Source: an uncultured Rikenella sp. (GTDB taxonomy: Bacteria; Bacteroidota; Bacteroidia; Bacteroidales; VadinHA17). From it: a stretch of DNA of 64,000 nt. Location of the stretch: positions 26,381 through 90,380 of the forward strand of contig CAZVLJ010000002.1 in assembly GCA_964627825.1 (NCBI GenBank), read 5' to 3'. Below are positions 8,897 to 17,862 of this stretch, one piece after another (position 1 is the stretch's first letter; the number at the start of each line of letters is the position of its first letter). The translations under genes were made by a program, and so were the position numbers. The notes beneath the pieces are model-generated. The model saw nothing but the letters and a program-made list of their open reading frames with translations. It had not been told where the DNA came from and did no database searches.

Positions 8897-9838
8897 ATGA
8901 AGATATCCCATGAGGTAAAGGTCGGAGCCGTTGCACTGATCACCATCATTGCATTTATACTCATGTTTGAGTTTCTCAAGGGCACTGCACTCTTTACCAG
9001 CACTGACACGTATCATATTGTTTATGACAACATTGCCGGGCTGACAGAGTCGAACCCTGTTGAGATCAACGGATACCAGGCAGGCGTTGTCCAGGATGTG
9101 AAGCTGATAAATGACGGCTCAGGACGTATCCTGGTGTCACTGTCAGTTGACAAACATTTCAATATTCCAAAAGACACGAAGGCGGAGATAACAACAGCAA
9201 CCCTGATAGCAGGGATGAAGATCATTCTCCGAATGGGCGGGAGCACTGAGATGTGCCATGACCATGACACCATCTCAGGTTACGTGGCAACCTCTATTCT
9301 TGACAGGTTAAGTTCAACTGTCGCACCGCTTGAGGATAATATTACAAATATAATTCTCAAGCTTGATTCAGTGATTTCGGCACTGAATGATATATTCACT
9401 CCCGGCATGACGGCTGAAATCAGGTCAACCATGGCCAACGTCAACTCTGTCACAGCAAGCCTTAAAGAAGTATCAACCAACAGCAAGGATGAGCTGATTT
9501 CATCCATTGAGGACCTGCAGTCTTTCACTGCCATGCTTTCTGCCAACAGCGAAACGCTTGATTCCACCCTTCAGAACATAAGCAGCATCTCAGATGCAAT
9601 AGCTGCTGCTGACCTGGGAACAACCCTCGGCTCTCTCAGGTCCTCTCTGACCAACCTTGACGATATAGTCAAAGGCATCAGCCAGGGGGAAGGAACGGCC
9701 GGAAAGTTTATCGCCAACGACAGTCTCTACACAAATCTCAGCAATACCCTCTTTAATCTGGACATGTTACTTCGAGACATGAAGGAAAATCCGAAGAAAT
9801 ATGTCCATTTCTCACTTTTCGGCAAAAAGCAGGAATGA
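8897..9838 (+). CDS. MlaD/MCE family protein
   Basis: MKISHEVKVGAVALITIIAFILMF TM anchor, then an MCE domain (YHIVYDNIAGLTESNPVEINGYQAGVVQDV), then a helical C-terminus. Confidence 0.8.
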   Translation: MKISHEVKVGAVALITIIAFILMFEFLKGTALFTSTDTYHIVYDNIAGLTESNPVEINGYQAGVVQDVKLINDGSGRILVSLSVDKHFNIPKDTKAEITTATLIAGMKIILRMGGSTEMCHDHDTISGYVATSILDRLSSTVAPLEDNITNIILKLDSVISALNDIFTPGMTAEIRSTMANVNSVTASLKEVSTNSKDELISSIEDLQSFTAMLSANSETLDSTLQNISSISDAIAAADLGTTLGSLRSSLTNLDDIVKGISQGEGTAGKFIANDSLYTNLSNTLFNLDMLLRDMKENPKKYVHFSLFGKKQE

Positions 9839-10161
9839 TTTGCTTCAATAATACAAAACCTCTATGCTTCAGTGCATTAACTGTTGTTTTTAGCTTCCGG
9901 GAGGTATAAGGAATATCCGGACCATCATATCCTCATCTTCATAACTTTCTGTAACACATTGCTTTTTTTGTATAGTACTGATTATTTGTTAGTTATAAAT
10001 TTTGATGAATGTTCCCTGTTTTAAGGACCTGATGGTCATAACAGTAAAGAATAAATGTAAAAGTCAATAGAAAAAAATTTTTTTTTTTACCTTTTTTTTT
10101 ACAAATATTGTCCCGGGTTTCAGCACCAGATAAAATAAGCGAGTTTTTAATTTTAATCTGA

Positions 10162-11592
10162 ATGAACAAGTCACACGATGAGGTTTGGAATAACTGTCTG
10201 GAAATAATTCGTGACATTATTCCTTCGGCCAGCTTTAAAACCTGGTTTGAGCCTATTGTTCCTCTCAGGCTCGACAAGAACATTCTTACAATACAGGTGC
10301 CCAGCCCTTTCTTTTACGAATATCTTGAAGAGCAGTACATAGATATCCTGCGCAAGACGCTGAGGCGGGAGATTGGCAATGATGCCAAGCTTGAGTACAA
10401 CATCATAATGGAGAACTCGGGCTACACCAATGGCAAACCGTATACTGTCCGTTATCCTTCGAGGAACAAGGCTGATCTGCAGAACAAGCCAATGCAGGTT
10501 CCCTTCGAGGTGACTCAGCCGGCCATCAGGAATCCTTTCATTATTCCGGGTATAAAGAAGCTTCATTTTGATCCGAGGCTTAATCCTGATTATTCATTTA
10601 ACAATTTTGTTGAGGGTGAATGCAATCGTCTTGCCCGTTCTGCAGGTATTGCGGTAGGGAGCAATCCTGGCGGCACAGCCTTCAATCCCCTGATGATCTA
10701 TGGTGATTCAGGTCTCGGCAAGACTCATCTGGTTCAGGCCATTGGTATCCTTGTCAAGGAGAAGTTTCCTGACAAGACTGTTCTTTATGTCAATGCCAAC
10801 AAGTTCCAGACACAGTTTGTTGAATCTATCCGCAATAACAACAAGAATGATTTTCTCCATTTTTATCAGATGATTGATGTTCTGATCATTGATGACGTAC
10901 ATGAGTTTGCCGGGAAGGAGAAGACACAGGACACTTTCTTTCACATTTTCAACCATCTCCATCAGTCGGGCAAACAGCTCATCCTGACCTGTGACAAGCC
11001 GCCGGTAGAGTTGCAGGGTATGGAGCAGCGGCTTCTGTCTCGTTTCAAGTGGGGTCTGCTGGCAGACCTTCAGAAGCCCGATTATGAGACCAGGCTTGCC
11101 ATTCTCAGGAAGAAGGCCTACAATGACGGCATTGAGTTGCCCGATGAGATCTTCGAATTTCTTGCAGAGAATATATCCTCGAATATAAGGGAGCTTGAAT
11201 CTGGGCTTATCTCCCTGTATGCCCAGAGCACCCTTAACCGTAAGGAGGTGACCCTTGAGCTGGCACGCCAGATGGTAGACAGGCTGGTGAACACTCAGCG
11301 CAGGGAGATAACTATTGATTATATACAGAAGGTGGTCTGTGAATACTACAAGATCCCCGTGGAGCAGATGCAGGGCAAGACCCGCAAGAGAGAGATAGTT
11401 CAGGCAAGGCAGGTTTCCATGTATTTCTCAAAGAACCTTACAAAGGCATCACTGGCCAGCATCGGATCCATGATCGGGGGCAAGGACCACGCCACCGTGC
11501 TCCATGCCTGCAAGACCGTGAACAACCTCATTGACACTGACAGGCATTTCAGGAGCCAGATACTGGAGATAGAAAAGAAACTCAAGGTATGA
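10162..11592 (+). CDS. dnaA: Chromosomal replication initiator DnaA
   Basis: 476 aa. Walker A GDSGLGKTHL, Walker B VLIIDDVHE, C-terminal DNA-binding domain (REIVQARQVSMYFSKNLT..GGKDHATVLHACKTV). Confidence 0.97.
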   Translation: MNKSHDEVWNNCLEIIRDIIPSASFKTWFEPIVPLRLDKNILTIQVPSPFFYEYLEEQYIDILRKTLRREIGNDAKLEYNIIMENSGYTNGKPYTVRYPSRNKADLQNKPMQVPFEVTQPAIRNPFIIPGIKKLHFDPRLNPDYSFNNFVEGECNRLARSAGIAVGSNPGGTAFNPLMIYGDSGLGKTHLVQAIGILVKEKFPDKTVLYVNANKFQTQFVESIRNNNKNDFLHFYQMIDVLIIDDVHEFAGKEKTQDTFFHIFNHLHQSGKQLILTCDKPPVELQGMEQRLLSRFKWGLLADLQKPDYETRLAILRKKAYNDGIELPDEIFEFLAENISSNIRELESGLISLYAQSTLNRKEVTLELARQMVDRLVNTQRREITIDYIQKVVCEYYKIPVEQMQGKTRKREIVQARQVSMYFSKNLTKASLASIGSMIGGKDHATVLHACKTVNNLIDTDRHFRSQILEIEKKLKV

Positions 11593-12755
11593 AAGCTGAC
11601 GTAAATTATCTGAAAGAAGAGTTTTTCAGATTATACGGGGACAGGGAGAGAGAGCCTGTCCTTTTTTATTCTCCCGGAAGGGTGAACCTCATAGGTGAGC
11701 ACACTGACTACAACGGGGGATATGTTTTTCCCTGTGCCCTCGATTTCGGGACCACCCTGCTGGTCCGAAAGACCGACGAAGCGGAACTAAGACTGAACAG
11801 CATCAATTTCCCGGGTGATGTAAGAGTCCCTGTAGCTCTCAATTATATTCCTGTACCGAAGAGCTGGACCAACTATCCGGTAGGAGTGATTAATGAATTT
11901 GCCCGCAATGGCATCAGGGCTTGTGGCATGGAGATGCTTTTCATGGGTGACATTCCGAACGGCGCCGGTCTCTCTTCATCAGCATCAATTGAGATGGTCA
12001 CGGCTGTAGCTATGAATGAGCTTACCGGAGCAGGACTGGAGATGATGGAGATGGTAAGGATGAGTCAGAAGGCTGAGAACGGCTTTGTAGGGATGAACTG
12101 CGGCATAATGGACCAGTTTGCCGTGGGTTTCGGCAGGAAAGGTCATGCCATCAACCTCAACTGCGATACCCTTGAATACAGGTATGCTCCGCTGAACCTG
12201 GGAGACAGGAGGCTGGTAATCACTAACACCAATAAACGCCGGGGTCTGACTGACTCGAAGTATAACGAACGGCGCTCAGAGTGCGACAGAGCGGTGGAAC
12301 TGATCTCTGTCCACAGGCCCATACGTCACCTCAGTGAACTGACTGTTGCTGACCTCTGGATGCTTGACAGCTACATTGATGATCCCGTGGTCAGGAAGAG
12401 AGCCAGGCATGTCATTACCGAGAACGGCAGGACCCTCGATGCCATCATGGCATTGGAAAGCAATGACATAGCTCTATTCGGTAAACTGATGAACGAGTCG
12501 CATGACTCACTCTGCAATGACTATGAAGTTACAGGCATGGAGCTGGATACCCTTGTCTATGAGGGCAGGAAGCTGCCCTGGGTTATCGGTACAAGGATGA
12601 CCGGCGCCGGCTTCGGGGGATGCACTGTCTCAATTGTTGAGAATCGGCATGTGGACGAATTCATTGAGAAACTTGGTGAGATCTACGCCCGGAAGAGCGG
12701 ACTGACTGCAGACTTCTACCTTCCTGGCATCGGTGACGGAGCCCGCATTATGTAG
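11589..12755 (+). CDS. galK: Galactokinase
   Basis: GRVNLIGEHTDYNGG signature and GHMP motif PNGAGLSSSAS. The start overlaps the dnaA stop (ATGA). Confidence 0.95.
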   Translation: MKADVNYLKEEFFRLYGDREREPVLFYSPGRVNLIGEHTDYNGGYVFPCALDFGTTLLVRKTDEAELRLNSINFPGDVRVPVALNYIPVPKSWTNYPVGVINEFARNGIRACGMEMLFMGDIPNGAGLSSSASIEMVTAVAMNELTGAGLEMMEMVRMSQKAENGFVGMNCGIMDQFAVGFGRKGHAINLNCDTLEYRYAPLNLGDRRLVITNTNKRRGLTDSKYNERRSECDRAVELISVHRPIRHLSELTVADLWMLDSYIDDPVVRKRARHVITENGRTLDAIMALESNDIALFGKLMNESHDSLCNDYEVTGMELDTLVYEGRKLPWVIGTRMTGAGFGGCTVSIVENRHVDEFIEKLGEIYARKSGLTADFYLPGIGDGARIM

Positions 12756-12851
12756 GCAGTAGGCGGTAGGCAGTAGTGAAATTACTGCTAATTATGCAGT
12801 TACAGTTTATATTGTCAACACTCTTGTCTCTTGCCTCTTGCCTGCTGCCTG
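12753..12851 (+). repeat. Heptamer-armed hairpin element, family 1 (TAGGCAG-type / CTTGCCT-type arms)
   Basis: Left arm TAGGCAG TAGGCGG TAGGCAG TAGTGAA, right arm CTTGTCT CTTGCCT CTTGCCT GCTGCCT. 12754..12776 pairs with 12828..12850 (17 WC, 4 G.U, 2 mismatches). It fills the whole gap between two convergent stop codons. Confidence 0.85.
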
Positions 12852-12852
12852 A

Positions 12853-15627
12853 TCAAAGATCACGAACGCATCTGAATCCGACGGTGGCGCTGCGGTCATA
12901 GCCGGGTGAGACCAGGAGCTGCATCTGGGTCATAGAGAGCGGTTGGGGACCACCGCGCACATACCACCAGCTTGATTCCGGCCTGTACCAGCTTCCCCCC
13001 CTTATTATATTGAAGTAATAGGCTCCGTTACTGTACACATCGCCTGTCATCTGCCAGACATTCCCAACCAGATCAGCCACACCGTACGGGCTCTCTCCTT
13101 TGGGAAAGGCATCCACGGGAGTGGGTCTGCCGAACCCGTTATTGCACTTGGTTGCGTGGAACTCGTCACCCCATGGCCATTCCCTCCCATCGGTGCCCTG
13201 TGCTGCCAGCTGCCACTCCACCTCTGTGGGGAGACGCTTGCCAGCCCAGCTGGCATAGGCCCTGGCATCCTCCAGGCTGATCCAGACAACAGGGTAGCGC
13301 TCCTGCCCGGCAACAGGCAATCCCATCTCCCAGTGTCTCAGATAGTTTGATGTATCCGCCGGTATATACCTGGCAGCCATGATAAACCGAAGATATTCTT
13401 CGTTTGTCACGGGGTACCTGTCAATCAGAAAGCTGTCAGGTGTGGCAGTGATCATCATGCCGGCTGCCGGGTAAGGGACAAACTCATCGGCAGCAGAAAG
13501 GGTGTACGTAAGTGTTGCCGATGGTATGAGTACCATTCCTTCAGATATTTCTGAAGCTGATGCTGTCTTCACCGTTTCCGATACCAGCCATGGGCGTTTG
13601 CGTTCGGGAGCAACAACTCTCTCATCAAGAAGAACTCCGTCAGTGTCAACCAGTTCAATCACAATCTTTTCTCCGGCAATTCCAAATAAAGCGTCACTGT
13701 TCAGGAGGGTGTCCGCCGGAGCATTTATGCTCATTGAGATGTTGTCATAACCGGGTTTCCCTCTGTATATCAGCAGGGTTCCTTCTACAGGTGAGGAGAT
13801 GTGGATCCGGCTGCCGTGGAATTCTGCGGTTATTATTTTTGGCAGCAGGGCAATGCAGTCTATTGAGCTCTCACGCCTGGTGCCGTTAAAAGCCTGGCTC
13901 CATCCTGGTGTCTCAACCGGTGCCATCAGAGTGTTGTTAATTACAGAAGGATTGATTTCCTCATGTCTGAAGAGGGAGACAAGGTGTTTACCTGCGGTGT
14001 CTCCCGGGTTGAATAGCGGGCCGCTGTAACCCCGGTGATCCATATTGAGTACTGTAAAGATCTTCTTCTCACCAGCGTTCCAGCTATTGACATATAGTCT
14101 GTCTGCTTCGCTGCTGATCAGTGGAGTCCAGCTGCCCCCGGAGAAGGCATCGCTGTTCCTTCGTAGGATATATGTTGTTTCTGACAGGTATTCGAGGTCT
14201 TTGCGGAGCTCCTCTCCTCTTCCGCCGGGTCTGAACATATTCAGTTCAGTGCCGTATCCGTTGAAGAATGCCACGGAGATCTCACGGCGGAGCACATCCT
14301 CTCCCGCGTCAGCCACCCTGAAGATGGCAAAGTCAGGCCTGATGAGCTTATTCAGGTTCAGTTCCGGGCTGAGGAACAGGGCGTTATGTACCCTTGCGGC
14401 CACAATCCCGGGCATATCTTTAACTACCGGCATCCCCTCCGAGTACATCACCACCCCTGTGCGGACGGTATCAGCAGCCTGCTGCAGCTCTGCCGATGAC
14501 CTGCCCTCAGTATCGAGTACCACTCCGTCAGCTTCGGTCTCGGCAATTATCTGTGCCATCCCGTGCAGGTGATCTTCTTCACGTGTGCTTTTGTCCCACG
14601 GGTTATAGGCAATGAAGAAACGGCAGCCGTCTGAGCGAGCCGCTCTGCTCAGTCGCCTGAGGGCGGCAGTTCCTCCGGGCAGGTCGCGATAGAGATCCCA
14701 CTGGTTCCTGTCATCCAGGCCCAGTCGGGGCCATGTGGGCCATATCCCGTATACATCCACATGCCCAAAGAGCCTGTTGTACTCTGCAAGGTAGCTTTCG
14801 AACCCTTCCGTGCCGGTGAAGCGGTCATGGAATTCCCTGTCCCAGGCCATCTGAAGGATCATGAGATAACTTGTGCGTATCCATTTCAGGTCGTCCCGCT
14901 GATAGAGAGTCTCGTCAAATCTTTCAAGGTCATACAGCCATCGCTCTGCAAACATCAGCTTCAGTCCCTCCTGCCATTCTCCCCTGAAGAGATCAACCCA
15001 AATGTGGTAGGTAACAGAGGTTCCCGGAGGCAGTATTGTTTCATATCTGCGCATGGTTCCGTTGTCAGTGCCTGTTCGCCGGGCTAATGCCGCAACAGAG
15101 AGGTCACCGGTGGCACGGAAGGTACTGAAACCCGTCTCCCAGGCATTATCAGGGAGAATAACACGCACGGGGCTCCTGCCAGGCAGATGAAGAAAAGCTC
15201 TTGCCAGTGCAGGTGGTCCTCCGCCGGTGATAAAGGCATCATTGTTCTTTTCCCCAAAGGGAACAACATCACTGACAGTAATGGTATCATTCCAGTTATT
15301 GCGCAGCACAAGTTCTGCCAGAAAGCCCGGGTGTGATCCGCCGCGAGGGGTGTACGCAGCTTCAGCTCCTCCGGGGTAGACCATAAGGAAGCGGCTGCCT
15401 GCCAGTCCTGCAGGCACGTCATCAGACTCAAAGCTGACGCCATCAAGCCGGAAGCTGAAAAGGGGCCTTGGTGCATCCAGGTTGACGGCCGTACTGTCAT
15501 CAATGATCAGTGAGACTGCACTGGCGCCATTATCCCTGACAATACCCAGATTATGAAGCGACTGCCCTGACACTGCAAGACAGAACATGAAAAAAAAGAG
15601 GGAAAACCGAAACCTAAAGCTGCACAT
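12853..15627 (-). CDS. Secreted multidomain protein: about 690-aa N-terminal region of unknown function plus a C-terminal FGE-sulfatase (SUMF1-like) fold domain lacking the catalytic Cys pair
   Basis: Signal-like N-terminus MCSFRFRFSLFFFMFCLAVSGQ. The C-terminal part has YPVTNEEYLRFI, RLPTEVEWQLAA, GNVWQMT, RGGSWY and VGFRCV. Confidence 0.7.
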   Translation of the reverse strand: MCSFRFRFSLFFFMFCLAVSGQSLHNLGIVRDNGASAVSLIIDDSTAVNLDAPRPLFSFRLDGVSFESDDVPAGLAGSRFLMVYPGGAEAAYTPRGGSHPGFLAELVLRNNWNDTITVSDVVPFGEKNNDAFITGGGPPALARAFLHLPGRSPVRVILPDNAWETGFSTFRATGDLSVAALARRTGTDNGTMRRYETILPPGTSVTYHIWVDLFRGEWQEGLKLMFAERWLYDLERFDETLYQRDDLKWIRTSYLMILQMAWDREFHDRFTGTEGFESYLAEYNRLFGHVDVYGIWPTWPRLGLDDRNQWDLYRDLPGGTAALRRLSRAARSDGCRFFIAYNPWDKSTREEDHLHGMAQIIAETEADGVVLDTEGRSSAELQQAADTVRTGVVMYSEGMPVVKDMPGIVAARVHNALFLSPELNLNKLIRPDFAIFRVADAGEDVLRREISVAFFNGYGTELNMFRPGGRGEELRKDLEYLSETTYILRRNSDAFSGGSWTPLISSEADRLYVNSWNAGEKKIFTVLNMDHRGYSGPLFNPGDTAGKHLVSLFRHEEINPSVINNTLMAPVETPGWSQAFNGTRRESSIDCIALLPKIITAEFHGSRIHISSPVEGTLLIYRGKPGYDNISMSINAPADTLLNSDALFGIAGEKIVIELVDTDGVLLDERVVAPERKRPWLVSETVKTASASEISEGMVLIPSATLTYTLSAADEFVPYPAAGMMITATPDSFLIDRYPVTNEEYLRFIMAARYIPADTSNYLRHWEMGLPVAGQERYPVVWISLEDARAYASWAGKRLPTEVEWQLAAQGTDGREWPWGDEFHATKCNNGFGRPTPVDAFPKGESPYGVADLVGNVWQMTGDVYSNGAYYFNIIRGGSWYRPESSWWYVRGGPQPLSMTQMQLLVSPGYDRSATVGFRCVRDL

Positions 15628-15801
15628 CGGAGTTTAAACTGATATAAATAGCTTCCCAACAATACGGGAGTGCAATTTATGATATTGTCTCTGAAAATAA
15701 AAGCAAGGATAGTGAGAATGAGTGTTTTTAGAGATATTGTTTATTTATATTGAAATGTCAAGGATTTATTTCTACATTTAGGAATTAGTCAGCAAAAACT
15801 A

Positions 15802-16008
15802 ATGAAAAAGGTTAACTTCAAGGGCGTCACACTGATAATACTGATTCTCACAGCTATAATGTTGCTGCCGGCGTGTGCGCCTTCGAAGAAGAGAGCTTAT
15901 AAATCAGCCCGGAAGAACTCATATATTGACACCTCCCAGCTGGGGCGCAACAAGTATTTCTTCTCCAAAAAATACCAGAAGAAGCTTTACAGATATAAAA
16001 AGAGGTAG
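15802..16008 (+). CDS. Small basic lipoprotein (hypothetical)
   Basis: 68 aa. Signal peptide with lipobox LLPAC. The mature part is Lys/Arg/Tyr-rich. A near-consensus TACATTTA box lies about 25 nt upstream. Confidence 0.5.
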   Translation: MKKVNFKGVTLIILILTAIMLLPACAPSKKRAYKSARKNSYIDTSQLGRNKYFFSKKYQKKLYRYKKR

Positions 16009-16040
16009 ATATCTCGCGGATAAGCAGCCTTTAATGTTCT

Positions 16041-16062
16041 GAACCCTTTACAAGAAGGGTTC
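16041..16062. terminator. Hairpin between convergent genes (GAACCCTT-6 nt-AAGGGTTC)
   Basis: Perfect 8-bp stem between the small lipoprotein stop and the MBL hydrolase stop. Confidence 0.5.
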
Positions 16063-16064
16063 CC

Positions 16065-16853
16065 CTACTCCTCACAGGTAACCTCCAGTCCGTCCCATGC
16101 CAGGGTCACGTTGACCGGCAGTTCACTGTTCACTTCGGCATGTTTGCCCATCTGATGGCCGATATGGGTGATATAAGCCTTGCGGGGAGATATCTCACGT
16201 ATGAGGTCAAGAGCCTCACCGAGGCTGAAGTGAGATATATGCTTCTCTTTCCTGAGTGCATTGACTACCAAATGCTTGACACCGAATAATTTCTCTTTTG
16301 TCTCCTCGGAGATGTAGTTTGCATCAGTGATATATGCCATATCACCTATCCTGAATCCGAATATTGGCAGTCTGTAGTGGAATACCCGCAGAGGGATGAT
16401 AGTGTCTCCTTTTATGCTAAAGTTGTAGTTGTCTATTGTATGCAGTTCCATTTTCGGGACGCCGGGGTACTGGTATTCCGAGAATACATATGCATATTCC
16501 TTTCTTACGGCTGCCTGTACTCTCTCCTCGGCATAGATATCAATGGCTGACCGGGATTTGTAGTTGAAAGCCCTCAGATCATCCATTCCTGCTATATGAT
16601 CCTTGTGTTCATGAGTCAGGAGTATGGCATCAAGCTTTTTCACCTTCGCATTGAGCATCTGCTGTCTGAAGTCAGGACCGGCATCAATGACAATTGTATT
16701 CAGGGCTGTCTCAACCAGCAGGGAGGTCCTGAGCCTTTTGTCTCTTTCATCTGTTGAAGTACAAACTGCACATTCGCATGCTATTACAGGCACTCCCTGA
16801 GATGTTCCGGTACCGAGGAAGGTAAATTTCACCATTGTTTCTTTACACTGCAA
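16065..16853 (-). CDS. MBL-fold metallo-hydrolase
   Basis: HxHxDH motif LLTHEHKDHIAG; FLGTGTSQGVP N-terminus. A start at ATG 16835 (MVKFTFLG) is equally possible. Confidence 0.85.
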   Translation of the reverse strand: MQCKETMVKFTFLGTGTSQGVPVIACECAVCTSTDERDKRLRTSLLVETALNTIVIDAGPDFRQQMLNAKVKKLDAILLTHEHKDHIAGMDDLRAFNYKSRSAIDIYAEERVQAAVRKEYAYVFSEYQYPGVPKMELHTIDNYNFSIKGDTIIPLRVFHYRLPIFGFRIGDMAYITDANYISEETKEKLFGVKHLVVNALRKEKHISHFSLGEALDLIREISPRKAYITHIGHQMGKHAEVNSELPVNVTLAWDGLEVTCEE

Positions 16854-16947
16854 ACATAACCCGAAAATGAGAGACGAACAATATCAATGATCACTTTGGC
16901 ATCCATGAGGCTAAATGGGTATCTTTACGATTCAGATTATTAAGCAT

Positions 16948-17649
16948 ATGAGTGGAACGGTATACATGATCCCGGTTGCGCTGGGTGATTCCGACCCCGA
17001 ATTGACGATACCGCGGGGCACCAGGGAAATAACCCTCTCACTGAGGCTTTTCGCAGTTGAAGATATCAGGTCTGCCCGTCGCTGGCTGAGGAGTCTTGAC
17101 AGGTTTTTTCCTATTGACAGTACCCTCTTTTTCCCGATAGGAAAGCATGCTGATCCGTCAAATCCATTTGAGATCCTTGACAGGGTATCGCAGGGGGTTG
17201 ATGCCGGTGTAATGAGCGAGGCCGGCATGCCGGGCCTGGCTGATCCCGGAAGTCTCATTGCTGCCGAGGCTCACCGCCGGGGTATCAGGGTCATCCCCCT
17301 CACCGGCCCCTCTTCAGTGATGCTGGCCATGGTGGCCTCCGGGCTAAACGGTCAGTCATTTGCGTTCCACGGGTATCTGCCCGTTGATACCGCGGGCAGG
17401 AAGAAAGCCATAAGGGACCTCGAGAGATACTCTTCAGGCGGACAGACACAGATATTCATGGAGACACCCTTCCGAAACACAAAAATGGTTGAAGAGATAC
17501 TCACCGTCTGCATGCCCTCCACAAGGCTTTGCATTGCAGCCGACATCACCCTTGCCGGCGAGGAGATACGGACCATGAGTGTGGCTGAGTGGCGTAAACA
17601 GGTTCCCGTACTGGACAAGAGGCCTGCAGTGTTCCTGATTTTGGCATAA
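16948..17649 (+). CDS. SAM-dependent methyltransferase, tetrapyrrole-methylase fold (RsmI-like)
   Basis: GTVYMIPVALGD.., DAGVMSEAGMPGLADPGS, IPLTGPSSVMLAMVASGL. The longest ORF starts at 16915. Confidence 0.8.
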   Translation: MSGTVYMIPVALGDSDPELTIPRGTREITLSLRLFAVEDIRSARRWLRSLDRFFPIDSTLFFPIGKHADPSNPFEILDRVSQGVDAGVMSEAGMPGLADPGSLIAAEAHRRGIRVIPLTGPSSVMLAMVASGLNGQSFAFHGYLPVDTAGRKKAIRDLERYSSGGQTQIFMETPFRNTKMVEEILTVCMPSTRLCIAADITLAGEEIRTMSVAEWRKQVPVLDKRPAVFLILA

Positions 17650-17862
17650 TCAGGCAGCAGATGACCGAACGTAAAGAATTGATCCGACAGGTCAGGGTAT
17701 GACGAAGAAGGTCTGCGGGGAAAGACATCAGCGGAGTTGGTAACATCAGACTGCCGGCATTTCACCACCACAGCATTGTGTCATTTCTGACTGCATAACA
17801 CATTTCTGAGGTCAGCAGTGATTGATTTAAATGGCTAAATTGTATCCATAAAAGATACAGTG

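Noticed and set aside
9839-10161. Possible oriC in the 323-nt AT-rich region upstream of dnaA, including the A7-T11-ACC-T9 tract at 10072..10110
   Set aside because: I found no cluster of DnaA boxes. The best matches to TTATCCACA are 6/9 and 7/9 (ATATCCGGA, ATATCCTCA around 9911..9935). The AT-rich tract alone could be promoter or curved DNA. A GC-skew analysis of the whole chromosome and a DnaA-box scan would be needed.
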